A stretch of 61,422 nt of DNA, counting the filler, from Choristocarpus tenellus KU-1152 (Eukaryota; Protista; Phaeophyceae), in assembly GCA_964200185.2 (NCBI GenBank). It is 6 parts of 6 records of this genome, joined end to end, with 100 filler letters (N's around TTAATTAATTAA, not from the genome) between each part and the next. Parts side by side here need not be neighbours in the genome. Positions count along the whole stretch, not along the records: positions 36,086 to 58,442 come from CAXNAD020000286.1; 5 more parts are not named here. The stretch is one strand, 5' to 3'. Under the pieces are notes generated by a model, which made no database searches, had not been told where the DNA came from, and saw nothing but the letters and a program-made list of their open reading frames with translations. Below, piece after piece: positions 37,676 through 49,727 of the stretch (within the stretch, counting starts at the first letter, position 1; each line of letters begins with the position of its first letter). The position numbers and the translations under genes are program-made.

Positions 37676-40600
37676 ATGTCCGGGAATCACAGTAGGTACA
37701 GAAGGATGCATCAAAAAGGAAGCAATGGAGTGGGATATGGCTCAGTAGCAGGGAACAGGGGCAGACAAATTTCGATCGTTTTGGTGGTTTTGGGGATATC
37801 TATGTGTCTGTTTTTGAAGGCGTCGCACGATACAATCACTTCAGTAGAGAAAGATCAGTCGTGGATGCCCGTCCCAGGTAGAAACAGCAGGTTTCAAAAT
37901 GATGAGCAAATCAATATTGGGAAGGAAGCAATTGAAGATCGATCGCGGACTGTATCCGGTCGGCAAAGAGAGGATATCCTGCCGACACGAATAGATTCGC
38001 CAGGACAGGTTGATGTTGTGTCGAAGGTAGAAAATGGGTTTGGACAGGGACACATCCTACAAGAAGCTCGGCCTCCGAGCTTACGAGGAAATGAGGAAGG
38101 AGCTGATCTATTGGAAACGAAACAGGGGGGCGTGTGGGGAGGACTTTCAGAAGACATACCAGCAAGACCTAGAGGAGAAGACGACATCCATTTGATATTC
38201 TCGACAGATTGCTCACCCTATCAAAACTACCAGTCGTTGTTACTATTCCACTCAGCAGAGGTGAGAGGCGCGATATATTTTTGGTGATACTAGCCCCAAC
38301 ATGTAAACTTAAGCTTCCTTTGTTAATGATCATTCTTGGGTTGGTGAAAATCTTATCTTTTCCCCCATCCTACCAAGAACAAGTAGTTTGGGGTTTTGTA
38401 CTCTCACGAGGAGATGTGCGGATTATTCTCTAAAAATTGCAGGAGATAGTGTAGACCGAAGAAATTTCATCCTGTAGGCCTTTCCATTGATCTCCAATCA
38501 CCCCAACTTGAAACTGTCTGACACTTGATTGTATCAGTCATGCTCAAAGGAATTGCGCTTATAAATGGTGATCAGTACATATCCCCTTTCTTAAATCCAA
38601 AGTCTTTGCTCTCCGTGTTGCAGGAAGTGGGACAATCGGGGCGGGTCACCCGTGTGGCCAGTGGGTGCTCAGAGTCCGCGAAAATGGAGCTGGAAGAACT
38701 CATGCGTAGGCAGCCTGACCGTTTCAGGGTGCACTTTACGCCGGACTTCAGTCATGACAGTGTGACAGGGAAGACGTAAGGATATGACTGTACACCTAAT
38801 CACTTGCTTCCACCACCCCACAACCCAGAGGACTTGGCATAAGCTTGAATTTGATACATGCTACGTGAATAGGTACTACACTGTATGTAAACTTTTCCTG
38901 ACCACGTTCCAATTGTATATAATATTATTGCAAACTTAGAATGGGATCGTCTAGGACATGTCCTAGATAAAAACGAGCAAGAGTAGTATGCAAGCAGAGC
39001 TGAACAAATTCTGAGCATACATTGTGGTCAGCGTTGTAGGTACTGCTTGCCAGAAACCTTGCCCCTCTTTGTGACAAGAATATTCGCTTCACCACTACTA
39101 GTACTGAAGTTGACAGGTAAGCTCATCCTGCATTAATATCTACAACCCTACACTACTGTACACTCATTATTTTTGATGGAGTGAGGGTTAGCCTTGCTAC
39201 ATATTGCTGTGATACATGAACACACATTTCCTCTCCTTGATAGACAATATTAGTTGCTAGTGTTGCAGAGACAATTCGCTATCTCTAAGCACAAGAATAT
39301 CAACTCCTGTTTACCTTCCTCGCCATGTTATCCCCTTGTCCCGGAAGGTATCATTTCTACAACAAGCCAAACGGTATGGCACACTTTCTTGAACATGCCA
39401 CACCTCCTATCGAGGAAGCAGTGCTAGCATTGATTGACCCGGACATGGTCTTGGTGCGAAAACTGACGCCAAATGTTGGTGAGGCAGCTATGGAAGTGGG
39501 AGGGGAATGTTTGCGGGAAAGGATGGCCTGATGCTGTATCCTGCCCTGCTTGGCCCTGCAGGTGTCAGCCCATCTCTCAATGGCTCTAACATGTAGTACT
39601 ACTTTGGAGTGGTTATGTTTGTTGAATGTAGTTCTCATAAAATGCACCCTCCCCCTATCTGAATATTAAATGTCCTTGATAAAATTTTAGTGAATGCGAC
39701 AAATATCCCTCATTATTTCATTTAAACTCTATACTGCCAAGCAGTAGTACACAACATGTGTAACAGGAATACTGAATACATTACCCTTCCTTTGTGCCCA
39801 GCTCATGCCTGTACCTCACTGCCCCCCTAGAGGAATGGATGCCTACCTTGTTGGCAGAAATCCTTTCACCCTTTATGGAGTATATTGCAGGATAACAACT
39901 TACATGTTGATTACACATAGCATCATATCAACACGCATTGTTTATTTTATGCTTTGTTTCTACTCCTTTGTTATTTGTCTGTGGAATGCTTATCCCCCCC
40001 ACCCCTGCCTTTCATCCCTGCCCTGTCCCGTTCCTACAGGTGATCCCAGCTTGATGCTCTGGAGTGTGAAGGAGAGTGAACCTGCAGATTGGGTGGAGGA
40101 AGGGAAGCCTGTGTCACAGTCCTATGGTCTAGGGGGGATATGGACAGAGTGGAAGGATATAATGAGGGCCGAGTTGGGGGAGGACACACCTGCATTGAAG
40201 GTAAAGAAAATGTTCACAAGTTGCTGAGGCAACACATACTGTCGCTCTCTTCATGTTGCAACAGTGATTTGTGTCCCCTTCATATTTTACGTGAATATGT
40301 TGTTAGTACTTTACGTATGTGCACTCAAGATGTTCAGTTAGGGAGCTTGGACTTGTTGAGGAATTTGCATGTGTCAAAGGCATTGATGAACTATTGATAA
40401 CTGTGTGCACGGGGATGTGGTGACTCCGTGCATGCTGTCCTCAGTCAGTGACCCTCAGATTGTTTCATGGAAGGGAATATATGGCAAGGTATTGTGAAAC
40501 ACTTCTTCGTACCTCATACAGATCAATTGCCCTTCCGCCCTTTTGTCACTCAAAATAGTTGATCTTTGAACTTTCTTGTCTGAAAGGTGTCAAACAAGGA

Positions 40601-43197
40601 TGCAATTGCATACTATGCAGTTGGTCCACCCTATATGATGCATCCCCGGGACTGGACTCGTGTTATTGATCTCTGGGTGCTAATGGCACCGCCTGTCAAT
40701 AGAGCACACCCCAGCATCCTGGCAGAGATGTATGGTTTCTGCATGGCTACTGCGCATCTTGGGTGAGATGTACACTACACGAAAATGATTGCCCTAAGGC
40801 ACTATCCTCAAGGATGGTTGGGTTGTGTGGCAACTGGGTTGAGATTTCATTGAACAAAGTCACAGAGGGAGGAAAGGTGGATTATATTGGGATCCTTGGA
40901 GGGGTCTCTCTGTGTAGTCCTGGATGGACTTGGATTACTTGCTTAGAGTGTTGGGCTAGGGACTGAAGTCTTTTGGGGGGTAATTTGCGTCTAATGAGGT
41001 GATTAAAACCTGACATGGAAAGAGGTGTGTGGTGGAGACCTGTTTTTCATTTCCATGTGTGCCTCTAGGATTCATCTACTCAAAACCATACCCTATTACA
41101 CTATTTAGAAGTGCAAGAGGAAACTATTCACTAGCCTTATCCCAATTTTGTTATCTTGGACAATACTGTGAGTATAGTTGAACTGTAGTGAGCATGTGTA
41201 TTTTGTACCCAAGAGGACTTGGTGTGATTTTTCAGACATTGATAAGCAATTACATTTGGGTTTAATTGTGGTGTGAAATCTGCATTATTGTTATACAACA
41301 AATGCACATGTGCCTTCTTCCACTGTTGAGAATGAGTAATAGTAGAATGTTTATCAGCATGTGTAGTGGCATGTACCAGATTATTCTTTGCTGTGTTTTG
41401 GACAAAATGCTAAGTACAACCTTGTTGTACTCAATTACGTGGCGCTGTGCATTATGTCCCTACCCTCCCCCAAACCCCCTCTTCTACATGCTCCAAAGTT
41501 GTGTGTAGGTTCACCTGACTGGGTTCGATTATTCAACCTTGGATGAGATTAATGCAATATCTGTTTCTTTGCCAGTGCAAATGTGAAAAATAACATGTCT
41601 TGAAGACTCTTCGTTGGTTGGTGTCCCTCTCATCTAGGTACTATTTGTGATGAGCCCATGTCCTCTATTCTCACCTGCTTGCCCCTTTTGGTACTGTGAT
41701 GCTGCAGGCTTCGGCATAGGATAGCATACGGACTGATGGTATCATACTCCAAGATGGAGAACACCGAGGGTTGGCCACTGGTTGACGTGTTGGGAACTGA
41801 GGCATGCGATGAGGATGTTGTGGCTAGACATGCAACAAGGCTCCCTCCAATCATCCATTACTGTCAGGTGCGATAAATAAACACCTCAAAGCTCCAAGTG
41901 CTTGGTTTGTGATGTATTGCAAGAATTATGTTGTGGGTTGATGGCATGATAATTGGTCATTTGTCGGTCTTTTTTTGTGTGGATGTTGGGAGGGGGACCA
42001 GGTGAATACAATTATGCTCTTACAGATGCAAACTCTAGAAGTGTCTCACACATGAGTATGGGGGGATGAACCAAAATAGGTGACTACACATGACAGTCAT
42101 TGCCCGAAGCAAATACCCATGTACTGCAGAGTATTGATTGCTGCTTTGTCAAGAGACTAAGAAGGCATGTTCCTTACAACCTTTTTATTACTGGTGTGTG
42201 TGTGTTGTGTGGGTGCATAAATGGAAATGTGGTGTTTCATTTTCATGTCAGATATATTGAACACCAGTATATATAGTGCTGGACGACTAGCGAGGATAAC
42301 TCCTTGTTTTGAATGTGGTGCAACAATTTTGTCCCATGAATTATGAGCATTCTGGGTATTGTGACATTGTAAGAGGTAGGTTCTGCAAGAGTGGCAAAAC
42401 CACTGCGTGTGGCATGAACACTGTGTTATGACACGGAATGTGAAGGTGAGGTAAGACCTGCATGAGTGTGACATGGAAGTGTTTGTCCACCCTGACACAT
42501 ACTACCTTCACCACAGTACTGGTAAAGGACTTACTGGCCATTATCTTTGCCAAAACCCTGATGCCTGGGTAGACGTGTCTTTGAGAAGGATGATGCAATC
42601 TTTTCTAACCATGATTCTCCAGCATGGAAACTCTCCTTACACTTACTGCCTTGAACCTTGTTCACAGCAGCCGCTATACTATAATTTAGTTAGACGTTTA
42701 TCCCGGTGGGACTTGAAAATGCTTGCTATACTATAATTTAGTCCAGAAACATTAAACACTCTGATGCAGCAGTACAACGAGGTCAATTCATGTTCCCCCC
42801 CTCTCAACTGCTTTCATTTCCCCTCAATTTGACCCTGTCGCAGATGCTCAGGGTGGGCACCTATGTCTTTGGCAAACGCCGCAAAGAGCACCATTCCTTT
42901 TTCAGTTGTGGTGCAGATTCCCTGCAGCTCCCCCCTCAAGGCTACCTTGGCTCCCCCTGGGGACTCCTTCGTATCCACCCCACTATGCGCAAGGAAGGTC
43001 CCCGTGAGGTTATACCGCTCAAAATTGGGGTGCGGGAGGGCTATGGCATTTGTGCTGCCTTGCGAGCAATGAATGCTGCTCAACACTCTTACAAGGAACG
43101 CTACTGTGAACCGGGGGAGATCCAAGGGGGGGTTAAGAGGTTGACAGATCTATCTTTAGCTCAACTGGCTACAGACTACACTTTAGATCACGACTGA
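37676..43197 (+). CDS. Peptidyl-serine O-galactosyltransferase (SGT1/GT96) / HPAT (GT95)-like type II membrane glycosyltransferase, 7 exons, apparently complete
   Basis: Exons: 37676-38260 (N-terminal TM helix; HLIFSTDCSPYQNYQSLLLFHSAE), 38624-38775 (VGQSGRVTRVASGC...HFTPDFS), 39348-39478 (YHFYNKPNGMAHFL...LIDPDM), 40040-40200 (GKPVSQSYGLG), 40587-40762 (YAVGPPYMMHPRDW...LAEMYGFCMATAHL), 41708-41867 (LRH...LMVS...EGWPLVD...PPIIHYCQ), 42844-43197. All junctions are in phase. Confidence 0.9.
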
Positions 43198-46100
43198 AGA
43201 TTGTGAAGCATGGTCTATAATTGATAGTCTACACTACAGATGTGTGCTCGTTTGTATTTTTTTGTGTTACGCTGGTTGAAATTGATATATGAGGGGATTC
43301 TATTTTTCTACCAAGGCTCCAGGAAGTTTCATTGGGAAGGGCATTTGTGTAAGGTATTACTACACAGTACACCCTGAAGGCTCCAGGCACGGAATTTTTT
43401 TTGTGTTTGATGTACTTTTATACCTTGCTGGTTGTGTATATTTTGTGGTAGTCAGGGAGTCATGTGGAGAACTAATCATTTTCCTTGAATCTTGAAACAT
43501 ACAGCATAAGCAATACTTGACTTTGCTGGTCTGTTTACTTCTATGGGCAATCCTATTTTGTTATGAAGTACTATGAACATTACCAATAAAAAAAACACAG
43601 CGCTATCTTTTCTTTCTCTGAGCACTTTGATAAAAAAAAAGTTACAAAGAGAAGAGGCGTAAAGGAACAGAATGAGAAAATTAACCACACCAGTGTCAAG
43701 GTCCAACGCCCAAGGCTGCACCTAGACACTACACCAAATTCATGGAGGTTTTAAGAGACTTCATGTTTTGCTTCAGTTATCACTTGCACCTGGCATTTGA
43801 GACTCGAACAAGCTCCATGGTGCACCTTTGTGTGCACCCAACTATGGCACATTTGACCAGATGCTCTCTACAAAGGCAACAATGGTGACAATATCACTCA
43901 ATACGCAAACTATTATGATACAATCCCTCTGGTGGAGTTCCTTGGGCAAAATATATGAGCATGCAAAAAATCTTGCTGGTTCCAGAATTTCTGATATTTA
44001 CACTCTCAAACTGTAAGAACCTTTGTGAGGTTTTTGTGGAGCCATGAACACCACCAATTAGTGATGCTACAGAATGTCAAGTGGTAGTTATGGGTGAATG
44101 CTCAACCTTTGCATGCTCAAAATCGTCACATGCATCAGCAAATCCAATATATGAGAAACTACAAAGTACTTTGAAAAAACAAAGTTAACAACACACACAT
44201 GTGCATGTTATTTTGTCTAGTCACACTCTGTAAACATGACCACCTGATCACCTTCAAAGCAGTTTCTTTGATACTACACCACATGTTCCAAGTATTGCAT
44301 CTGCTGTGAGAGATCACGGGAACTGATGAGGAAAAACATCCTTGAGGAGAGCATTAGTATACATCACCTCATTAATTAAACAGCAAGTACCCTAGCAATT
44401 CACAAGCCTGTCACCAACACAGCTGTGGGTCTTTGCCATGGCCTGGAAGGGAAGTACTGCAGGGACACATCTAAGGCCCCAGTATCAGACTTGCTCACAT
44501 ACCTACAACAGTGCATGAGGATGTAATGTAGTTTAAAGAATAAAATTGTAGAAACAGAGAATGTATCTTCAGCATTTTGAGGACTGCTTACTTGCTCTCT
44601 TGCTGCAGGCAAAACCCCGACCCACAACATCACAACTACTCTTGAGTCTTGTGCCCGGTAGAAGCATATTTCACAAACCAAACCACATTGAACTCCAACA
44701 GTGTACAAACAAGTCTTGACTCTACAAGTAGCAGGGACTTGTTCATGGTCCCATCCCTGTATCAGTGTAGTAAAATAAAAATATCGATAGGCAGTTCTAA
44801 CCTCTAGTATATACATTTTCAAGCAGTACATCAACTAAAGTATATCCAAGCAGAATTTGTAGTACATGCACAATCCATAGTAAACGATCAAGAGGTACAC
44901 TCCTGAGTGTAACAATATGTATTTGGGTGTATATATACCATCAAGGAAGCAAGTAGAGAACTGGAGTTGGCGGAGTGGTATGACCCTGAAATAAAGTGAT
45001 GACAGAACAAAGGTCCTCGAAATCGATATGCCACCGATTTTTTGGCTATATTAGTTGTGTGCCACAATGATCAGATATGTCGTCAACAGGCCCAGTTCCA
45101 GTTACACACCTTACGATAGAAAATTTGTCCGCAGGGTGGTGTTAGGCTCAAATGTGTGCTTGCCTCAAGGTCCTCCGATCCCTATCCACCACCTGCACTA
45201 TGTGGCTTTTTACACCAGACCAAATAAAATAGAAACATACCAAGATAACCACAAGATGGTGAAAGGGTGTACAGAAAGCAGGGGAAAAGACAAGTGAGGC
45301 AGGAGGAAACTTGCCTTTCTCATAGGACTATGGCCAAGCAACTATTAATCATTTATACACATGACAAAATTCCCACGGACATCGAACATTAGATAACTGT
45401 GTTCACTGGATCAATTTTTCATTTGTGTTTACAATTTGTCAACCTCTACAGGTTTGAGGATGCACCATGAAGAGTTTGATAGGCAAAGCAGATAGCAAGC
45501 TAAATTACGCTTGTTTCTTGCCTTGAGCATTGATAAAATGTGCCTTGCCATCAAGCACTTGGAATTGTCACAGTGTCATAGTAGGATAGGAGCATTGCCA
45601 GCGGTTGGCTCACTCACTGTCGAGGAGCTGAGGTGTGGACTGGTTGTAGAAATGTAGAGCAATAATCGACGCGGTTGAAAGGCCTTGGACTTGATACTTC
45701 AAATCATGAACCTAATTTCTACCCAAGTGAAGGGAAGATTGTAGCACAAAACCATTTTGCGTATCTGGTGGGTAGAAACCATATAATTTCAAATGGTCGT
45801 GTCACCAGGCCGATTGCGGAACACTAAGCCGCAACATGTGAGTTTTAAACTTGAATTTGTATTGTCTTGTACAAAGTGACTTTAATAGTGTACTTTTTAT
45901 TAGTCGCATGTCGAAGACCTCACGGTTGGTGACGTTAGTGCCATCTTTGTGCTCAGATTTAGATCAAGACCTGGATAGCAAATCTTCTCACCTAATCTAG
46001 ATACTATACAGGTATTATTTCGTAACATAAATTACAGGGAAAACTTGTAATACGACACAGACAGTCTCATGCTGCAAGCGGGTATTCTTTTCCATTCGAA

Positions 46101-46274
46101 GCTACGTGAGATGAATTTCTTTTTGAGCAAGGACTACTCCTCGAAATGCGCCTCCTTCAATCTTGATATACACAGGACGCCAGCTGACAACCTAGAGGGC
46201 AAAACGCTAATCGTAGCAATGATACACAGTCCTCACGTTGACATTACTCTGGAGCTGGGCAGCACAGAGACCTC

Positions 46275-46613
46275 TCAATCCTCTGTACTCTTAAACAATA
46301 AATGGGGGTGATCGCGACGAGCATTTTCCCTAGTAACCTTGCCACCCTCCGCCTCCTCTGCCTCCTTCTCGTCTTGTTGCTTGCCATTATCTAGTAACTG
46401 CAGATGCTTCTTTTTTTCTTCTTCCTCTTTGAGGATACGTTTCCGGTTCTCCTCTTCTCGTATCTCCATCAGCATGTTCATTTCCTCCTCGTGCCTCATC
46501 CATCGCCTTGAGGTTGTTGATGGGCTGAAGAAGACCTGTGTCAATACATTATGCTGTCTCAGCCAGCGAAAACCTGGAAAGGGTACTCTTGCAGCCCACA
46601 GGATGATGGACAT
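46275..46613 (-). CDS. Possible first exon of a charged/coiled-coil protein
   Basis: 112-aa ORF with an E/K-rich helix (EEEMNMLMEIREEENRKRILKEEEEKKK) and a candidate AAG|GT donor near 46337. No family recognised. Confidence 0.4.
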   Translation of the reverse strand: MSIILWAARVPFPGFRWLRQHNVLTQVFFSPSTTSRRWMRHEEEMNMLMEIREEENRKRILKEEEEKKKHLQLLDNGKQQDEKEAEEAEGGKVTRENARRDHPHLLFKSTED

Positions 46614-46927
46614 CGACTATGGAGCGGTTTGTTGACCTCACTGATGGTTACTTGTGGTATGCTGAAGAGGAAATGCCTACTTTGGATTTGATGTCAAGTA
46701 CCCCTAACGTTAGGAGTTGGCCTGACGGTATAAGGTGAAAAGAGTACATACCGTTAACCTCCAAACCCTGTTCTTGTCCCAACTGTACCCTTGGATTTGA
46801 ACGACTCCCTCCTGCCCACTGGTGATTACACTTGGACAGTTACTACTGGTTGATCTTCTCCTTATCGAGTGCTCCTGAATCCCTTCTTCTGAAGGCGGAA
46901 GGGTCACTATAAGGGCCTTGCACAAAC

Positions 46928-49727
46928 ATGAAGCATGTCATGTCCAACTGGCTCCATGGTGTTTTGACTATCGTCTCCATTAGACAGAGCTTTGCCTTCG
47001 TTCCGTCCCTTAAGTTAGCACAGTCATCATCCTTAACACCGTCGAGAAAAGGATCATCTTGGGTTGGGTCAGGTCGCGCCGTGACACGGCCGGCACGATC
47101 ACTTTCAGAGACAGGGAGTCCGTCCATCCTTGATGGTGAGCAAGTCCGACTTTCGTTGCTAGCAAGTCTCAGTTAGGGAAGCTTTTCCGAGTAGAGCATT
47201 CTTTTCATCTATGGTAGAATGTGACTATCATCAACTTGTGGGTGGAACGGATATGCTCCCTTTCGTTTGGCCCAACTTCCTGACCTTACTGCATTTGATG
47301 CAGGCACCGCAACAGCACACGGGGAAGTACAGTTTGTGGCGGAAAACGGAGAGCTGGCAGTGGAAGAGACTGTGCAAATTATCTACACCCCTCCTAAAGG
47401 AATGTTTGAGGCTGCGGAAACCCTTCTTTATTGTGGAGGTTTCAACGGCTGGGACGGAGAAGAGGAACCAGTCGCCATGCCAATGTTGCCCACGGACGGA
47501 GGGAGGTATAGTGTGAACATCAACATCCCCAACTTTGCCAGGGTGAGACATTATACTTTGATCTGCTGTAACTTAACCTGTCACCAGTAAAATTTCAACT
47601 ATCGTTTTGCGTTTGAAAGTGAAGTGCATCCTTGATCCCTTGTTTTCTTATCCCGAAGTCGTCAATTCTTCTCTACAATCGTCGATCACATATCTACCAT
47701 ATTCTCTCGTAAATGTCACAGGTCTTGGACTTTACTGTAACAGATGGAGTGCTGTATGACACTGGTCCTGATGGAGCCTTTTTCCATGCCCTTGTAACAC
47801 ACGTGAGAGATGAAGACGAAGCAGGCAACGTCATCCTCTACAGACAAGAGCAGGATGGAACGCTGATCAAGACAGGCATGATCCCCAAGGTTGATCCTAA
47901 GGTGAGGGAAGACACAGATGAATTATTTGATGGGAATGAATATGTCAATATGACGCAGGGTGGATGGACATTGTTATTGAGTTGTTTTAACCTGTATGTA
48001 TCGCCTGGGATATATTGCCTTCAATTTCGTAGGTGTATTTTGAGGAAGGTAGTAATGTGAGGGAATAGTTGAATAAGGGTGGGTTAAGAGTGATCTCCTA
48101 GCAAAGGTGAGACCATTGGTGAGGTTGTGTTGTGCCACCCTCCTCAAGGTTGCATGTTCATTGTGCTGTTTCATGATTTGGAAGTGGGCAGCAGGCCTAG
48201 GCCTAGCTAACCCTTAAACTCCACTTCTGTGCAGCAACTCCACTGGGCACCATCTGTAGAGACAATTGCCAATTTTTTCTCTAGGGTCTTTTGCGTGGAG
48301 ATGGGGTCTAGATTAGGTGAGATTTCATCTCTTGATTAGCTTTTCTCACTTTCATTTTCACTCCTTCACTCACCCGTTCAAATCCACACCTTTCCCTGTG
48401 TACTTCCTTGTTGGTGGGTGCTGCTGCTGCTGAACAGGAGTTGGAGAGGATGATGGAGGAGGCCACTAAAAATTTGCCGAAGGAGGAGCTAGAGCCAGTT
48501 GTGGATGACACCATCAGAGATGTAAACGAGAATCTCAAGAATGAGATCATCGTTACCATTGATGAACAGGAGGCAGTGCAGAAGATGCGTGCAGAGGCCT
48601 CTGTCCTGGGGGAACGGTTAGGCCTTGGTAACATGCAGGCAAGTGAGCAATAATATGATACTTGGATTGTTTCCCCATGTGCATGATGGCATCAATATCA
48701 AGTAGACAAGATGCACCAGCCTCTCAATGGACTTTGCATGAGAGAAAAAATTGGCGTTTTTGTATCGACTTGGGGATGTGTGAGATGCAAGGGTTCAGAA
48801 GTAGTAAATGATGTGCTAGTTGAGACGTAATGCCTTTTCCCTCCTGGGATATTTTTTTCTCCAGGTGAATGAGGCACGAGATATATTCGACATGCATGAT
48901 AATGAAATTGGTCTTCTCCCCTTTGAGCAGCTGGGTAAGGTGTTGGCGCAGCTGGGCTTTGATGAGGTGCGTTTGTTGCTTACAGTTAATCCGCTTTGCG
49001 GTGGTCTTGTTTTTCCTTCCCACTTCCTCCCCATTCGTTTAGTGCTGATACCTACTCTGAATATGGCTTTAGTTCTCAATTATGCTGTTATAGTGAGATC
49101 CAAGGCGTCAATGGCTGCATGCCCTCCTAATCTTTGATGCCGTTGTCCATGTCCTTGAGCAGTTATGCCCTTGGAGAATGAGCTGAATTGCTTCCTCTGC
49201 ACTGAATCCTGGAATACTTGACCCTCAACAACCGGAATGCCTGCCCTCTCACCCCCTCCCCTAGATTGCTATCTGTGAGAAAGTGTAAGACATTTAGATA
49301 GGTCATTTGGTGAGTTGTGAACAAGTAATCAATATTTATAGGCTCACTGTATTTTTTTGTTTTGTTTTTTGTTACACCTGTTTTCCCACTCTTCTGCTCA
49401 TGGCATGTGTTTGACTCTTGGGGGTACCTGCATTTCCCACCTTGCGCATATTTCAATTAAAAAAAACACATGACAATTTATGTGCGAAATCATCCTCCCC
49501 CAGCCCCCCCTCCACCCTTTGAGGAATTGATAGTCGTGAGGTGTATCTGATGTGCCCAAATGGGTTTGAAATGTTTGTCGCCACTACTGCCCTCTGCTGC
49601 ATTTGATGAATCACAATGGTGGTGGAGTACAGGTGGATGCTAAGTACCAATCAGAGCTCATTGGTACCCATGTGTTGAAAGAGCGACCTGATGCGGAATC
49701 AGTGACACTGACAGAGTTCATGCACAT
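46928..49727 (+). CDS. Putative plastid-targeted protein: bipartite targeting peptide + CBM53/CBM25-like carbohydrate-binding module + acidic helical linker + EF-hand-like C-terminus (last exon uncertain)
   Basis: In-phase exons: 46928-47135 (MKHVMSNWLHGVLTIVSIRQSFA-FVPS + Ser/Arg-rich transit peptide), 47304-47542 (VQIIYTP...LLYCGGFNGW...MLPTDGGRYSVNINIPNFAR), 47722-47901 (VLDFTVTDGVLYDTGPDGAFFH), 48438-48638 (GC donor), 48865-48966 (EARDIFDMHDNEIGLLPFEQLGKVLAQLGF), 49633-49727 (SVTLTEFMH). Confidence 0.75.

Noticed and set aside
42370-42600. Intronic stretch ...KVR*DLHECDMEVFVHP faintly like an alternative last exon of the glycosyltransferase
   Set aside because: It has an in-frame stop, no clear acceptor, and similarity compatible with chance.
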